Assembly: GCF_006345805.1 (NCBI RefSeq)
Contig: NW_021832828.1
Span: 1-64,000, forward strand
Reading direction: 5' to 3'
DNA length: 64,000 nucleotides
Source: Octopus sinensis
Lineage: Eukaryota
In this document: positions 36,711 through 50,478 of the stretch, one piece after another
How the letters are laid out: the number at the start of each line of letters is the position of its first letter
Position numbering within the stretch: the stretch's first letter is position 1
The notes under the pieces: generated by a model
Told to the model about the DNA's origin: nothing
Databases searched by the model: none
What the model saw: only the letters and a program-made list of their open reading frames with translations
Translations under genes and position numbers: made by a program

Positions 36711-36899
36711 ATAATAATAATAATCACCTTTTCGTTATTCACCACTGAGGGTTTATATAAAAGATTAGGGATGGCACAGGACAACACAACACAAAAAGAG
36801 TGAAATTTAATCGTGTAAAAAGGTAATAACAATAAAAATTATAACAAATAAATCCCAAAAGAGAGATGCTTCCAAGGCCTGCTCATAAAATCCCCACAA

Positions 36900-38000
36900 A
36901 AACCACAATCACCCTAACCTGTAGGGCAAGTGCCCTCTCCACCTCATCTACCCTCAGTCTAGAGATGCATGCTTAGAGTAGGCCCATTCACTCAGGTGTT
37001 TCATGCTACATTCACCTACTTTTTAACAAAATTACAGAAATTTGAAAAAGTTGATGAGGGCTTGGCCAATGAGGAAAGTGTCTGTCTTTACCCTTTTCAA
37101 CCTGGGCCACCACAACCTCTTTTGCTAAGGTCACCAGACAAAGAAACACTGTCTGCCCTTCCTGGTCAAAGGAAGGTGGTGGGATGATCTTTACAATGGA
37201 CTCAGCATGTAGCCAGATGCATCCTACATGTGACAGAACGTGTTCAACAAAATCCCACAAGTCAGCAATGCTTGGGCACTGGATGAGAATGTGCAGAACA
37301 GTTTCATTGCTCTGTGTGCACCTTGGGCAAACCCAGCTCACAGCACTTCCATGCCTGTAGAGTTTATTCCGAACAGCAGTGCCCACCAGTAGCACTGTCA
37401 GGCCAGGGATTTTCGGAAGTTATTCATGAGCCCCAAACTGAAAATCCTTGAGAACAGACCAGTCAACTCATTGTCATCAATGTCCAGAGTCTCCCCAAGA
37501 ATGTTGTTGTACTTGCCTACCACTAACCCTATAGAGAATGCTTGAGAACTTCCAGTGACTTCATTGCCTGACTGTGAGCACCTGACAACACTCTAGGTGC
37601 CAGGTACCCTGACTCGGTCTATGCTTGATCCAAGACTACAGCTCAGACAAACAGATGAACAGTGGGAAATCGTGCCTGACAAATGGTGACTACAGCTGCT
37701 CACAGTCTAGGAAGCACTGGAGTTGTAGCAGCCTTAGTGCATGTCTGCACATCAACAACCACAGCATGCCCAGCCCTCTATTCAGTGGGTGTTGATAGCA
37801 AATGCAGCACCTGGCAAATGGAACATGTCTCTTCCTCAGAAAGCAGAAGAGCACACACTTCAGTTTGGTGAAATGTGAATAAGGGCAATAATATATGACA
37901 GAGGTGATGTGAGCATTTGCTACTTCTGCCCGATCTTTCAGGGATCGCTTTCTCTCAGCCTATTTCTGGGTGAGATTGGCTACCTTGCTCATCACTTCAT
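36900..38000 (-). mobile_element. Tx1/L1-clade LINE 3' fragment with a zinc-binding domain
   Basis: CPRC...ETVLHILIQCP (zf-RVT-like) in ORF 37012-37395. Confidence 0.75.
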
Positions 38001-39457
38001 CATGATAATAATAATTGTTTCAAATTTTAGCATAATGTCGGCAATTTGGAGAAGGGGTTAGTCAGTTACACTGGTTCTTGTACTCTTCTGGTACGTCAGT
38101 TTATAGACCCCAGAGGGATGAAAGGCAAAGTTGACCTCAGTGGGATTTGAGCTCTGAATGTAAAGAGTCAGAATAAATATCCAAGTCACTTTTCTGACAC
38201 TAGCAATTCTGCCAGATGACTGCCTAATGATATAGTTGATATATCAAAGTAACACCTGTCAACTATATCATAGACGACATCAAAGCACCAGTAACAGTTG
38301 TTAACTAAACAACACACAACAACACAGGACTAGTAACAGGACCCAAACTCCCAATCTCTCCTATACCCTCACCTATTCACCCTCCAAGACTCCACAGGAT
38401 GTTGTACATTCAGGCATTTATACTTTTCCCAAAGACTGTCTGTGCTGCCTGTAAAACTGTTTGAACAGAGTTTCAGAAGTGGATAATGATAGTCAGTGTG
38501 TTGATCTTGTAGAGTAAGAAAAAAATTTTTAAGGATGGTAGACACTTGTGGCCATATTTGGCCCAAATATTCTACCTGTTTTATGTTCAATCTGGCCAGA
38601 TACAGCTTCTAACACTTACCAGACAATGTCCTTCTAAAAAGAAATAATCACATCGTTGAAATTTCAAAGCTGCAAGATAGTGCAGGATTAATTCAAAACA
38701 ATGTGAATAAATAAGCATTACATTTGACAAGAAATATGAATGCCAAAGGATTAAGGATGATGGGAACCATGGCAGGATCTGAACTCATAAAATGGAAGGA
38801 CAACTACTTGAGTCCCCTACAGTAGGGACAAATTAAACAGTAACAAACACTTGGTTATAATTTTTAAAGGATAAATGTTAACTACATCAACCCCAATATT
38901 CCAATGCTATTTATGTCACAGATTCAGAAGAAATGACAGGAAAAGTTCACCTTGGCAGGATTTGAAATGGGGATATAAAGAGGTGTGATTAAATAGCATT
39001 TGTTACTCTACCAATTCGGTCATTCCACCACTTTAGTAACAACAATGAGTGGTTAACAAGACAAGTTAAACAATACAATTAGCAACATAACAGGGCAATG
39101 CAATACAAACAACATAACAAGTACAATTATATTCTCTTTAATGATATGTATGAACAACATAATAGCGCAATTTTGTACTGATAAATCAATATAAGACCAA
39201 CAACAAGATTTATAACAAACAAGGTGTTACAGGTACAACAAGAGTAATGACATAGGTCTAACAGATCAGTTAGCGTACAAGGGCAAAAACAACAGTTACT
39301 ATATACAGTTATAATAACAACACACTATATATAACAGATCAGTAAATATATACTGATATGACAACAGTAAGAACAACAAATAAGACACTGTAACAATATA
39401 TAACAAAACAGTTAGTACAGCTAAAACAATAACAACATGAACCATATCTGTTATCTC

Positions 39458-39865
39458 GGATCTTTTCGGTTTGAACGGCAGTTTCTAACATAATTTCTAG
39501 GTAACTAAAAAATTTTTAACTTCGTATACTGGTAGAATGTGTTTATAAAACATCTTTTTCTCTTGGCTTTATTGAGAAAATTCTATAGTTTGTAAGATAT
39601 TTGTTTTTTTTTCTTCAATTTCTGCAATTTCAACCAATCAGTGACATCTATTGAGTTAAAAAGCATTCTGTGCCATATGAATATGTCCCTCGTTTAAGAA
39701 ACAGATTGGGTTTATTTACATTTCTGAAGAAAAAAAGATACCCTTCCTCCACCCCTAACCCTAAAAGAGATTGAAATGCAATAGATCGATTCTAGGGTCA
39801 TAATTATGGGTGACAATTTCATATGACACTGCTAGAAAAAACTGCCGTTCAAACCGAAAAGATCT
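39458..39865. mobile_element. MITE, about 408 bp, probably Mutator- or hAT-like
   Basis: TIR GGATCTTTTCGGTTTGAACGGCAGTTT and an 8-9-bp TSD (T)GTTATCTC on both sides. Confidence 0.85.
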
Positions 39866-40619
39866 GTTATCTCATCTAACAATCAGATAATATTGGTTTC
39901 AAATTTTGGCACAAAGCCAGCAATTTTGGGGAAGGAGTAAGTCGATTACATTGACCACCAAAAGGCATTTGAATTCAAAATGTAAAGTCAGAAGAAATAC
40001 CACTAAGCATTTTTCTGGTGACAGCTCGTAATCTGATGTCATCATCATTTAACATCCATTTTCCATGCTGGAATGGATTGAACAATTTGGCAGGAGCTGA
40101 CACGCTGGAGAGCTGCATCAAGCACCATTTGTCTGTTTTGGCACAGTTTCTATGGCTGGATACCCATCCTAATGTTGACCATTTAACTGGGTGCTTTTCA
40201 CTTGGCACCAGCAAACCAGTAATATTAAACAGCATCAAACAACAAACCTTGGTTCAATGAATCAGTCCACCACATCATCATACATCATGGACTGTTGTTT
40301 GCTACAATAAAAGTTCCACCCTACATGGGCTGAGGTAGACAGTATCCACTAACTCTACCCTAACTTCTGCAAACCTCATAATTACATTAATGAGATTCAT
40401 TATTTTCCTTTCAGATGTATTTGTGCACCAAGCTGGTGCAAATGTGCACCAACATGATGTTTGTGGATCAAGGGCGATCTATTTGTATAGGAAGCTGATA
40501 TATTTCTGTACCAAATTGATATATTACATGTACTTCTGCATCAAAGTGATTATATTTGAGCATTGAGATGGGTGTACAGGTGCACCAAGGTGGTGTATTT
40601 CTGCACCAAATTCATGTAT

Positions 40620-41500
40620 CCATCAAATAAACAAGTGAAAATCAAATCAAAATAGACAAAAAGATGAACATCAATGGAATTGTATCTTGTGGTACCAGTG
40701 CCTGTGGCACACAAGAAATCCATCAGTGCCGTAGTCAGTGCGGTGGGCACATGACAAACACCATCCGATCGTGGCCGTTCGCCAGCCTCATCTAGCACCT
40801 GTGTCGGTGGCACATAAAAACACCATCCGAAGACCCGGCAAGACTAGTCAGGCCATAACCCATGGCCCCTACCTGGGACGTAGTCAGTCCACCTGTGCAT
40901 ACCTTCCTTCTTGTGACACTTGTGAAGACCTGTTGAGGCAAGTGAAAATCAAATCAAATCAAAACAAATCAAATAGATGAACATCAATGGAATTTGTATC
41001 TTTGTGGTACCAGTGCCGGTGGCACGTGGCACATAAGAAAACCATCCGAACGTGGCCGTAGCCAGTACCGCATCGACTGGCCTCCGTGCTGTGGGCACGT
41101 AACAAGCACCATCCGATCGTGGCCGTTTGCCAGCCTCATCTGGCACCTGTGTCGGTGGCACATAAAAACACCATCCGAGCGTGGCCGTCTGCCAGCCTCG
41201 TCTGGCACCTGTGTCGGTGGCACATAAAAACACCATCTGAGCGTGGCCGTCTGCCAGCCTCGTCTGGCACCTGTGTGGTGGCACATAAAAACACCATCCG
41301 AGCGTGGCCGTTCGCCAGCCTCGTCTGGCACCTGTGTCGGTGGCACATAAAATCACCCACTACACTCTCGGAGTGGTTGGCATTAGAAGGGCATCCAGCT
41401 GTAGAAACCTGCCAGATCTGACTGGACTGGTGCAGCTTTCGGCTCCCCAGACCCCAGTTGAACCGTCCAACCCATGCTAGCATGGAAAGCGGACGTTAAA
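40620..41500 (+). mobile_element. RTE-tail-related element with an internal duplication and a ~62-bp tandem repeat
   Basis: CATAAAAACACCATC recurs at 41161, 41223 and 41284, with a truncated CATAAAA at 41346. It ends in GGAAAGCGGACGTTAAA(TGA)n. Confidence 0.8.
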
Positions 41501-42804
41501 TGATGATGATGATGATGATGATGCAGCAAGGTGATGTATTTCTACATCAAATTGATAATATTTGTGCACCAGTCTGGAGCATTTGTGCCTCAAGGAGGGT
41601 GCACTGGTGCACCAAGGCAATATATTTATGCAGTAAGCTGGTGTAGCTGTGTATCAAGCTGATGTTTTTGTGCACCACATTTGTGCATTCTCAAATCTTC
41701 CCCAGTTTTCATTTGCTTTGAGTATGCAACCTTTTTTTATAGAGCTGTCCCTCCTCCAAATGCATCAAATGCTAATACTAACATAGTTTTTCTCTCTCGC
41801 CCATTACATTGGATTCCTCTTCTGTTCAGTTGTGAAACGTGCTCTAGTAGATGTGTAATGTTAGTGAACATAAACAAAGAGACCATAAATGAGCTGAGAG
41901 AGAAGCAGAACATAAGAGAAGTTAGATGTGCACAGGGGAGGAAAAGTGTTAGTAGCGGCATGTGATGCACAGGGACGAAAACATCTGTATAAAATGCTGC
42001 AGGCTTAAAATGCCTGGAACTTGTGGAAGATGAAGTGTTGGGTGAAAACTGATCTATAATTACATGTCATGGAGGAAACAACAAAGGACGAAGTGGATTG
42101 GCGAGATGCGGTGTGAGAAGATCTGCCTACCCATGCAGGCATGGCGAAATGGATGTTAAAACTAGCAGTGCAGGAGGATGGGAGACATAATGTCATTCTC
42201 CCGTGCTAGCATGGGTCAGATGGTTTAACAAGATCAAATGAGCTGGCAGGTTGCATTGAGCTCCAGCATCTATTTTGCCAAGGTTTCTATGGTTGAATGC
42301 CAATCACTTTACAGAATGCGCTGGGAGCTTTTTTTCTATGATTCCAGTGCAAGTGGGGTTACCAAGTAACTTGCAAAATAAAGAAAAGAGCTTCCACTAA
42401 ATGGGATTGCAGTAGAGTTTGAGGTGGTATTTATGTCAGGTGTTGAAGGACCTAAAGCATGAGAGAAGGGCAGAGACAGGTATCTTGCTACAGATGAGAT
42501 ACATGGTTACACCATATTATAGAAGGGTTAGTAAGAATAACTGCAAAGTAAACAATGATAGGAGCAACAAGCTGTCAGGGTGCAATACAAGAAAGAATAC
42601 ACATAAAGTGCCAGTAAGGGTGAGTGGATAAGTTCATTATAGAGTTTGAGAAGAGAATGACAGATGGTGGGAGATGAATGTAGAGGTGATTGTAATGAAT
42701 AAAGTTGAGGTGTGGCCAACAGTAAATATCAGCATGGCAGTGATGGAGGAAGCTTGCTTCCCAATCATGTGTCATGGGGTCAATATCTATTTCTTTACTA
42801 CCCA

Positions 42805-43015
42805 CAAGGGGCTAAACACAGAAGGGACAAACAAGGACAAACGGATTAAGTCGATTATATCGACCCCAGTGTGTAATGGGTACTTATTTAATCGACCCTG
42901 AAAGGATGAAAGGCAAAGTCGACCTCGGCGGAATTTGAACTCAGTACGTAACGCCAGACGAAATACCGCTAAGCATTTCGCCCGGTGTGCCAATGATTCT
43001 GCCATCTCACCGCCT
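42805..43015 (-). mobile_element. Well-preserved tRNA-derived SINE
   Basis: The reverse complement has an A box (TGGCAGAATCATTGG) and a B box (GAGTTCAAATTCC). Confidence 0.85.
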
Positions 43016-44539
43016 CATGGGGTCAATACCGCAGTACAGCACCTTGGGCAAGTGTCTTCCATAGCCTCAGGCTGACCAAAGCCTCATGAGTAGATCTGGT
43101 AGACAGAAATTGAAAGAAGCCTTTCTTGTAGATGTATGTATGTGTGTGTGCAACCATCATGAGATCATATAATGTTTGTAAGCAAGCATCAGTGTCCACC
43201 ATACAATCCATGTTGTTTGATTTGTGTCTTCCATGGGAAAATATTCCTTGCCTGGAAGCAGTAGGGGCATCCAGCTGTAGAAAATCTGCTTGACCTATGC
43301 AAGCTTGGAAAAGTGAACATTAAATGCTGCTGGTAATTATTCAGTTCTTCAATTAATTGTATTACCTGTTCCCCGAAAATAACAAGTAAGTGGCTGAATA
43401 TTCCACGGAAAAACCTTAAAGTAGTTTTCAGATAGAATCAGCATGGCCACAGTGTGTGAATTACAGATTTAAGGTTATTGCAGATGACATTTTCCCCAAG
43501 ATGCCAAGCAAAAGGACAGAACTCGAGACTTTGTGGTTGTGAAGTGAACTTCTTAACCATGCAGCCATCATAAACCTATATATGCACACATGTGCCTTTT
43601 TTCAAACCCCTTTCATTTTTCTAATGTTCCTATCAGTCAACCCTCTGTCACCCACCACCTTATCACTTTCTCTAACATTCACGTTTGCACCATTCATGTG
43701 TCTTATGTCTCATATATCTCTATCAACTGTGCCGCTGTCATTCTCTTTTTTCACTCAGTGTTTATACTACTGGCACTCCATTCGGTCACGATGACTAGGG
43801 TACCAGTTGATCCAATCAATGGAACAGCCTGCTTATGAAATTAACACGCAAGTGGTTGAGTACTCCACAGCTATGCATACCTTTAATGTAGTTCTCAAGG
43901 AGACTCAGTGTGATACAGAGTGTGACAAGGCTGGAACCTTTGAAATACTACTCATTTTTAGCAGCTGAGTGGACTGGAGCAACACGAAATAAAGTGTATT
44001 GCTCAAGGAAACAATGCATTACCAGGAACTGAACTCACAACCTTTCAGCCATGAGCCAAATACCCTAACCACTAAGTCACACACCTTCACTCAGTGTACC
44101 ATGCTGCTAAAATACCTGAGGATGGCAGTGGATCCCTCCTCTTCACTGTACCATGCTTCCAGTGTAAAAAGGGAATGCCACAGACCTTCTTGTCTCTCCA
44201 ACATACAACCACATCCATTCTCATCCTAATCACTTTGGCTCTCTTGCCAAGAAGGCATCTATATAAAGGGTCACATGAGATTTCCACAAACCCCATACAC
44301 TCTAACTTTTACCCCATCTACACTCCCCCTTATAGCCACTTGTTAGTGACACACTCTTGCTTTCCCCCCTCCTACCCATTCTGCTTGTGTAATCCTCTTC
44401 TAAACACCAGGGACAGCAAAGCATATTTTCATTAATTTCACCACTGGAATTTTAAGTTTGGTTGTTTAACTGGTTAAGATATTTTACCAATTATATTTCT
44501 GAGGAGAAATGTCTTGTGACCCTGACTCCATTTGTTTAT

Positions 44540-44860
44540 AATCACATCACAAAGACATGGGATAAAGTATTGAAGGCCGATCTCAAAACACTGAACCATA
44601 TGAAGGAGATGTCAGAGGATCGAGATATGTGGTGCAATGCTGTACTTGAGAAGACCCACCACAACAGAATTGAGATCCTAAAGCCAAGGTGCCATGTAAA
44701 AGGCATTGGTGTGGATGCTGGTGCCATGTGAAAAGCACCCAGTAAATTCTGGGGAATAATTGGCATTAAGAAGGGCATCCAACCATAGAAACCAAGCCAA
44801 AACAGACTATGGAACCTGGTGCAACCCTGGCCTTACCAGTTCCTGACAAACGGTCTAACT
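44540..44860 (+). mobile_element. RTE LINE C-terminus and 3' tail fragment
   Basis: KTWDKVLKADLKTL..MKEMSEDRDMWCNAVLEKT. Confidence 0.7.
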
Positions 44861-45572
44861 CATGCCAGCATGGAAAGCAGGTGCTAAATGATGATGATGA
44901 TGATGATGATAATAACATCAATAATTGCACCTTCATGCTTTTTGTTTTGTTTTGTTTTGTATTATTATTATTTTCCTGGTTCTCAAGACCCATCATCATC
45001 ATCATCCTTACCATTATTTAACATCCATTTTCAATGCTGGCATGGGTTGGAACCCATGCCAGTATCTGACAAACTGCAGGTCTGCATCAAGCTCTCCTGC
45101 CAGCTTTAGCATGGTTTCTATGACTGGATGCCTTTCCTAACATCAACAATATTACAGCATGTACTAGATGCTTTTTAAATGCAACCAGCAAGTAAAAACA
45201 ATGCCCATCACCATCAAAGGTCCTCCTAAGCCAGTGAGATTTATACCATTAATGTTCCTCTTGAACGTCTCTAAGTCAACATCTGTGGTAAAGATAAGAG
45301 CAGGGAGGACTTTCAGAGGATGAATCAACACAACAAGCGAAACTAATGAACCATTTCTCTTGCTTTCATGTGCAGGTATACACATTTTACTCCAACATGC
45401 TATTCATTTGCAACTAAGTAGACTGAGTTGGGTCATTCAAAGTTAACAATATTTGCTGCTGCAGACCAAATTAATAGAGGTGGGTAGCTGTGAACTTATA
45501 ACCCCATCAAACAACAGATTGCTACACAAACAAACTGTCTGTCTCCTCAGATGTAAAAGCAATTATATAACA

Positions 45573-46366
45573 CTAGCACTATTGCCCGGCTCGTGCGCGT
45601 TCTATGCACGCGCGAATTAAGCTAAACTTGAATGAAGTTCAATCAAAATTCAATTATTTTGGTTTTAAAATCAAGCATTTAATGCCCTCTATTTTTGCGC
45701 TTATGTGTTCCATTTCCTCAATAGGAAGTACATAGAAGTGTTTCATAAATTTTTGTTGATCAAATAATTGCATTGTTGAATTATTCTTTTAGATCAGTAT
45801 TTCTCAACGGGGATTTCAGGGAGTCGCTGGTGATGTATCGTGATGATCAAAAATCCGGCCTGCTAAAATTTGGTTAAAGTGATTCAAACTGCAGACTCAA
45901 CGCAAAATGGTCACATTTAATTCAAAGCGTTAAAAATGTTATGAAAACAATTGGTATGTGTTCACAAAGTCCAAACGATTAATACGAAGAAACCCTCCAG
46001 GCTACATCCCAAAAATTCATTTCTTTGCCGAATTTCTACAATGTTTACAGCGATTCATTCTTATATCTTGATTTTTTTAATTTTTCATGCAATTTACGCA
46101 TACTTGCACACGTGGTGAACACAGTTCACGTCAAACAGCTGACTGAGTAAAGTTCACTATTCAATGCATGGGATAAGGCCTAAACAAACACATTATCGAT
46201 TTTTGCACTTGCGAGATGAATTTCGGAACAGAAATAGCGCAGTTCAATTTTCATTCGCCTAAACCTTAAGTGACCCATTTTTGGTGGTTCTACGATTTGT
46301 TGGCTAGGAGATGTGCTGGGAAGTTAAACACACAGACACACACAAGTTGAGTTTTATATATATAGA
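45573..46366 (-). mobile_element. Non-autonomous Helitron (794 bp)
   Basis: On the minus strand it begins A|TCTATATATATAAAACTC and ends with a CGTGC...GCACG hairpin then CTAG|T. It is inserted between A and T with no TSD. Confidence 0.85.
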
Positions 46367-48460
46367 TTTTGATAGGTAAAACAAAACAAAAAAGAGATGT
46401 AATACATCACAAAAACTAAGGGGATTGTGTGTTATTGAAATAGTGAAACTACATGCAAACATAACAAACGACAACAAGATGACAAATCAAAAGCAGACAA
46501 GAAGTCAGCAACAGTTGGTTAGATACGAACACAACTTCTTAAATAAAAAATGAGACAAAGAATCTGAAAGGAGTAATAGGAGATAGGAAGGCTGCTAGGA
46601 ATGATAGGGGTTATTAGGAGTGATAGGGGATGGGGGAAGTTGGAGACCTTTAGTCAGATAAGGGCAATATATTATAAGATTGTGGAATGAATTTGAATGT
46701 TAGATATATCTAGAACATGCAATAAACCGCCATGAGATGGGAATGGAACTATCTAGAACTTTAAAGTGTTGAGCAAATATGAAAAGATATTAATGGGTAA
46801 GGGGAAGAGAGGGTGAGGCAAGTTAAAAACCTTCATTTTATATAGATACATCCCCAATAACAGGCTGCTGGTATTAAACAGTAATTAAATAGTATTAAAC
46901 ACTTATCGTGTGCAAATTAGTCATTCCAGTTCTCAGTAGCTACTGGATCTGTTGAACATATAAATGGATTGGCTGCTTATTTCTCTGGGATTGATCAAAT
47001 AACATGTACTTCTGATGAGAACCCAAAAATATTCGAAAGTCTGTTAAAGCTGTTCGTCATTTTTGCAACGTACAGAGAAACAGCTAAATTTGCCATGATA
47101 GTATTCCTACCACAGGTTTATATATGACAGACTCTCCCGTCAAAGTTGACGTGAGTGTTTAACTTTTGCCAAACACCCTGCACAAATGATCTGTTTATGG
47201 TGATCAAATATATGTGCCATACATTAGCTCATCCCCTCCATCAAATTGACATTGTTTGAACAGGTGCACAGTGTAACACACGTCAAGTGTCAAAGTGATT
47301 GCAGAGCAATGTGAGATGAAGTGTTTTGCTGAAGCACACAATGCACCACCTGGCCTAGGAATTGAAATTACAATCTCATGATTGTGAGTGCAACACACTA
47401 ACCACTGGGCCATGCGTCCTCACAAGCTTACACTCACACAAGTGTAAACATGGCTGTATAGATACAGAGTGCAGTTCATAACCAAGTGGTCTCAAGTTCT
47501 TACACTGCATTGGGCAAATATCTTCTGTCTTATGGCTGTATAGTGTATTTACCCTTTCAATTTATTCATCTCTTACTCTCTTATTTCTATCTATTCTTCT
47601 TCTTTTCCTTCCACACTTCTCTGTTCTCCCTCTGATCACTAAGATTTTCTTTGAAGCTAATGCAGACACGAATATCTCAGCTGATTTATAACAATTCTGT
47701 ACTATCAAAGGACTCCCTTCGGTTACGAATGACCATGGGATTGCACCTAGAAAGTTTCCCACCAAGGCACAACTCCAGGCAAGGTTGCTTTATGGAAGAC
47801 CAACAGTTGCCTATACATACCAGCCTCCCTGCTCCATGCCACTGATTTTATCCAAAGGAAAGGCAAAGGCCAACACAGCTTGGCACCAGTGATGTTGCAA
47901 CTCATTTCTACAGCTGAGTGAACTGATGCAGCATGAAATAAAGTGTCTTGTGCAAGAACACAACATATAGCCCAGTTCAGGAATTGAACTCACTACCTCG
48001 TGATTGTGAGCTCAATGCTTTAACCACTGAGCCATGCACCTTCACACTATGATAGTTTTAATGTTTTATCTTCTTGACCAGACAACTATCTGAATATACA
48101 GACTAATTAATGAATCCAACTTTTGAAGTGATCTTGTCAAGTGATACGCTCAAACTGTCATCTTTACCATTTCTTTTTATTTGCACTTCTGATGGAAAAC
48201 CCATCCTCCCTGTAAAAATACAAACACTTCCCACCAAATCATCTGTATCTCACCCAAGTTACTCTTGTGTTTGTTCATGACAGTCATAATGAAATAGGTT
48301 TTCTGTATACAATTAATGTCACATAATCGTTGCTCATATTCATATTTTCCCAAAATGCCAGATGTTATTGAAACAGCTGTAACCAAAGAATAAATGCAAT
48401 GCTAGCACCCCCATCCTTCATTTTATATGTGTGTGTGTGTTTATAAATATATATATATGT

Positions 48461-48762
48461 GGAGGCGCAATGGCCCAGTGGTTAGGGCAGCGGACTCGCG
48501 GTTGTAGGATCGCGGTTTCGATTCCCAGACTGGGCGTTGTGAGTGTTTATTGAGCGAAAACACCTAAAGCTCCACGATGCTCTGGCAGGGGGTGGTAGTG
48601 ATCCCTGATGTACTCTTTCGCCACAACTTCCTCTCACTCTTTCTTCTGTTGGCCTGCCCACTTAGCCAGTGGGGTGGCATCATTTGAAGGTTAAAACAAT
48701 GCGAAGCGTATTGTGACCAGCGATGTGTAGCAACATCTGATAGCCAGGTCGGTCACAGTGAT
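48461..48762 (+). mobile_element. tRNA-derived SINE of a second family
   Basis: A box TGGCCCAGTGG, B box GGTTTCGATTCCC and a (TA)n tail. Confidence 0.8.
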
Positions 48763-49428
48763 ATATATATATATATATATGTTTATATATATGTATGTAT
48801 ACACACCATTATATCTTAATTTTTCAAGCTGATCACATGGAGGAATGGGTTATCGTCTCCATTTTGGATGAAAAAAAAATATATATATATACACACACTG
48901 AAGTTGAGTTTCTTTTCATGGTTACTTAGAGTTTTGTATATAGCACTTGTCACATAAGTTGCCTGATTGTAGGTGATTTGTATGAAACGAAGAAATATGA
49001 AAAGAAAGTCACTTTAAAAAAAAACAAATCTCCTTTATTTCGTGTATTGAGTACTTTTTTTTATCGTTTGTAAATTGGAATGTAAATATACATACAAATC
49101 CACACACATCTGTTACTTGTTTCAGTCATTAGACTGTGGCCATGCTGGAGCACCACCTTTTGTGTGTGTGTGTGTGTGAGTGTATGTGTAAGGCAGTGGG
49201 ATGGAAGACAAAGTTAGGGCACATGATTGATTGAATGTTTCCCTTTAAGTCATAACATAAAGGTTATCTATTGTGTACTTTTAGTGTGATTGGTTATTGA
49301 TACTGTGAAGAAGGGGCTTAGTTTGTTAATAGTTCAGGGTGTCAACTGAGAGGTTAGTTCTGTGCTTAGAAGGAAAAAGTAACGTTTTTGAGCAGCTCAG
49401 TTGCTGGGCTGTGGGTTTTGCATCTTAC

Positions 49429-49488
49429 CATGGGTCGCTTGTTGGATGGGTCCTCAATTTTCTTATTGTTATTCATATTCGGAGTTTA
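49429..49488 (-). CDS. CDK2AP1: Candidate upstream coding exon of CDK2AP1 (60 nt; MNNNKKIEDPSNKRPM)
   Basis: Long polypyrimidine tract plus AACAG acceptor, donor ATG|GTAAGA, ATG at 49476 behind an in-frame TAA. The phase-0 end joins in frame to AAC CGG ACG ATG at 33083. Confidence 0.55.
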
Positions 49489-49693
49489 CTGTTTGGGATA
49501 CAGTGGAGAAAAAAAAATGAAAAAAAAAAAAAAGAAACAAAAACAAAAAGAAATATACTTCACAAATAATGAACAAAGAAAGAAGTTTTAAGGAGAGAAC
49601 CTTGTGGAGCATAAGTTCTTGAGAACTAAAAAATGTAAAGAGGTTATTAAAGCAAGAATTCTGGTTTTTTCAGTATTAATTCTGTGGAGTATA

Positions 49694-50070
49694 TTTCCAT
49701 TGCTTTTGGCCTCTTGAGCCATTATAATAAAGACTAAATGTAATGTTATCACAATGTCTATTCCATGTACAATTTCAATAGTTATCACAATGTCTTGGGC
49801 CCTTGCAGTCAATAATAGAAATCGTTATTTTTATTATCAGTAGACTGGCAAAATTATTAAGGCATCAGACAAAATGCTTCACAGTACTTGTTCCAGCTGA
49901 CTGATGTTGCCAAAGACTATCTTAAATATCTGAAGGAAATATATGCAGGTGGAAAAGGGTACTGGGAAGTCCAGCACAAATGCTTGTAACAGAATAGTCA
50001 GCAAAGGTCACAGGCACAGCATCCTTCTTCCCTCACTAACAGATTTTTAATAAAATGTTCTAAAATGTTT
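49694..50070 (+). repeat. 377-bp donor segment duplicated at 52517-52893
   Basis: One mismatch between the copies on manual comparison. Confidence 0.92.
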
Positions 50071-50266
50071 GTCAGATGTTTTGCTTTCATTACAAATTAA
50101 CATGCATTTGTAATCAGGTGTAGTTAATCTGGCATTACCACTACAGAAGTTAACTACTTGAAACTTCCCAGTCTGTATTGATACAAGACACTGCTAAAAA
50201 CCAACCCAGAGAGGTGTTTATAGTAAGTAACTATAGTAAGTAACCCATCTTAGTTATCATCATCAT

Positions 50267-50478
50267 TTAACCCTTTAGCATTTAAACCAGCCAAAATAAT
50301 CTCTTATCTTCAAACTAGCCAAATCTAGACTCTCACACTTACCTTAAAAAATTATTCTAAAAATAAGTAATCGTGCCATTGAAATCTCAAAGCCACAAGA
50401 CAATGCATGACTAATTCATATCAATTTGAATAAATAAGCATTACACTTGACAGACAAATCTGAATGCTAAAGCGTTAA
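50267..50478. mobile_element. TTAA-flanked piggyBac-like MITE
   Basis: TTAA-CCCTTTAGCATT ... AATGCTAAAGCG-TTAA. A degenerate relative lies at about 38530-38755. Confidence 0.7.

Noticed and set aside
47012-47045. CTGATGA...CGAAA hammerhead-like motif
   Set aside because: Stem II has only 3 bp and there is no convincing stem I/III. At most it is a decayed Penelope remnant.
48461-48530. tRNA gene
   Set aside because: It has A/B boxes but no proper cloverleaf or T-run terminator, and it continues into a SINE body and tail. The same applies to the other SINE heads.
49588-49812. 74-aa ORF in the duplicated donor segment
   Set aside because: It has a TTG start, no splice context and no recognisable homology.
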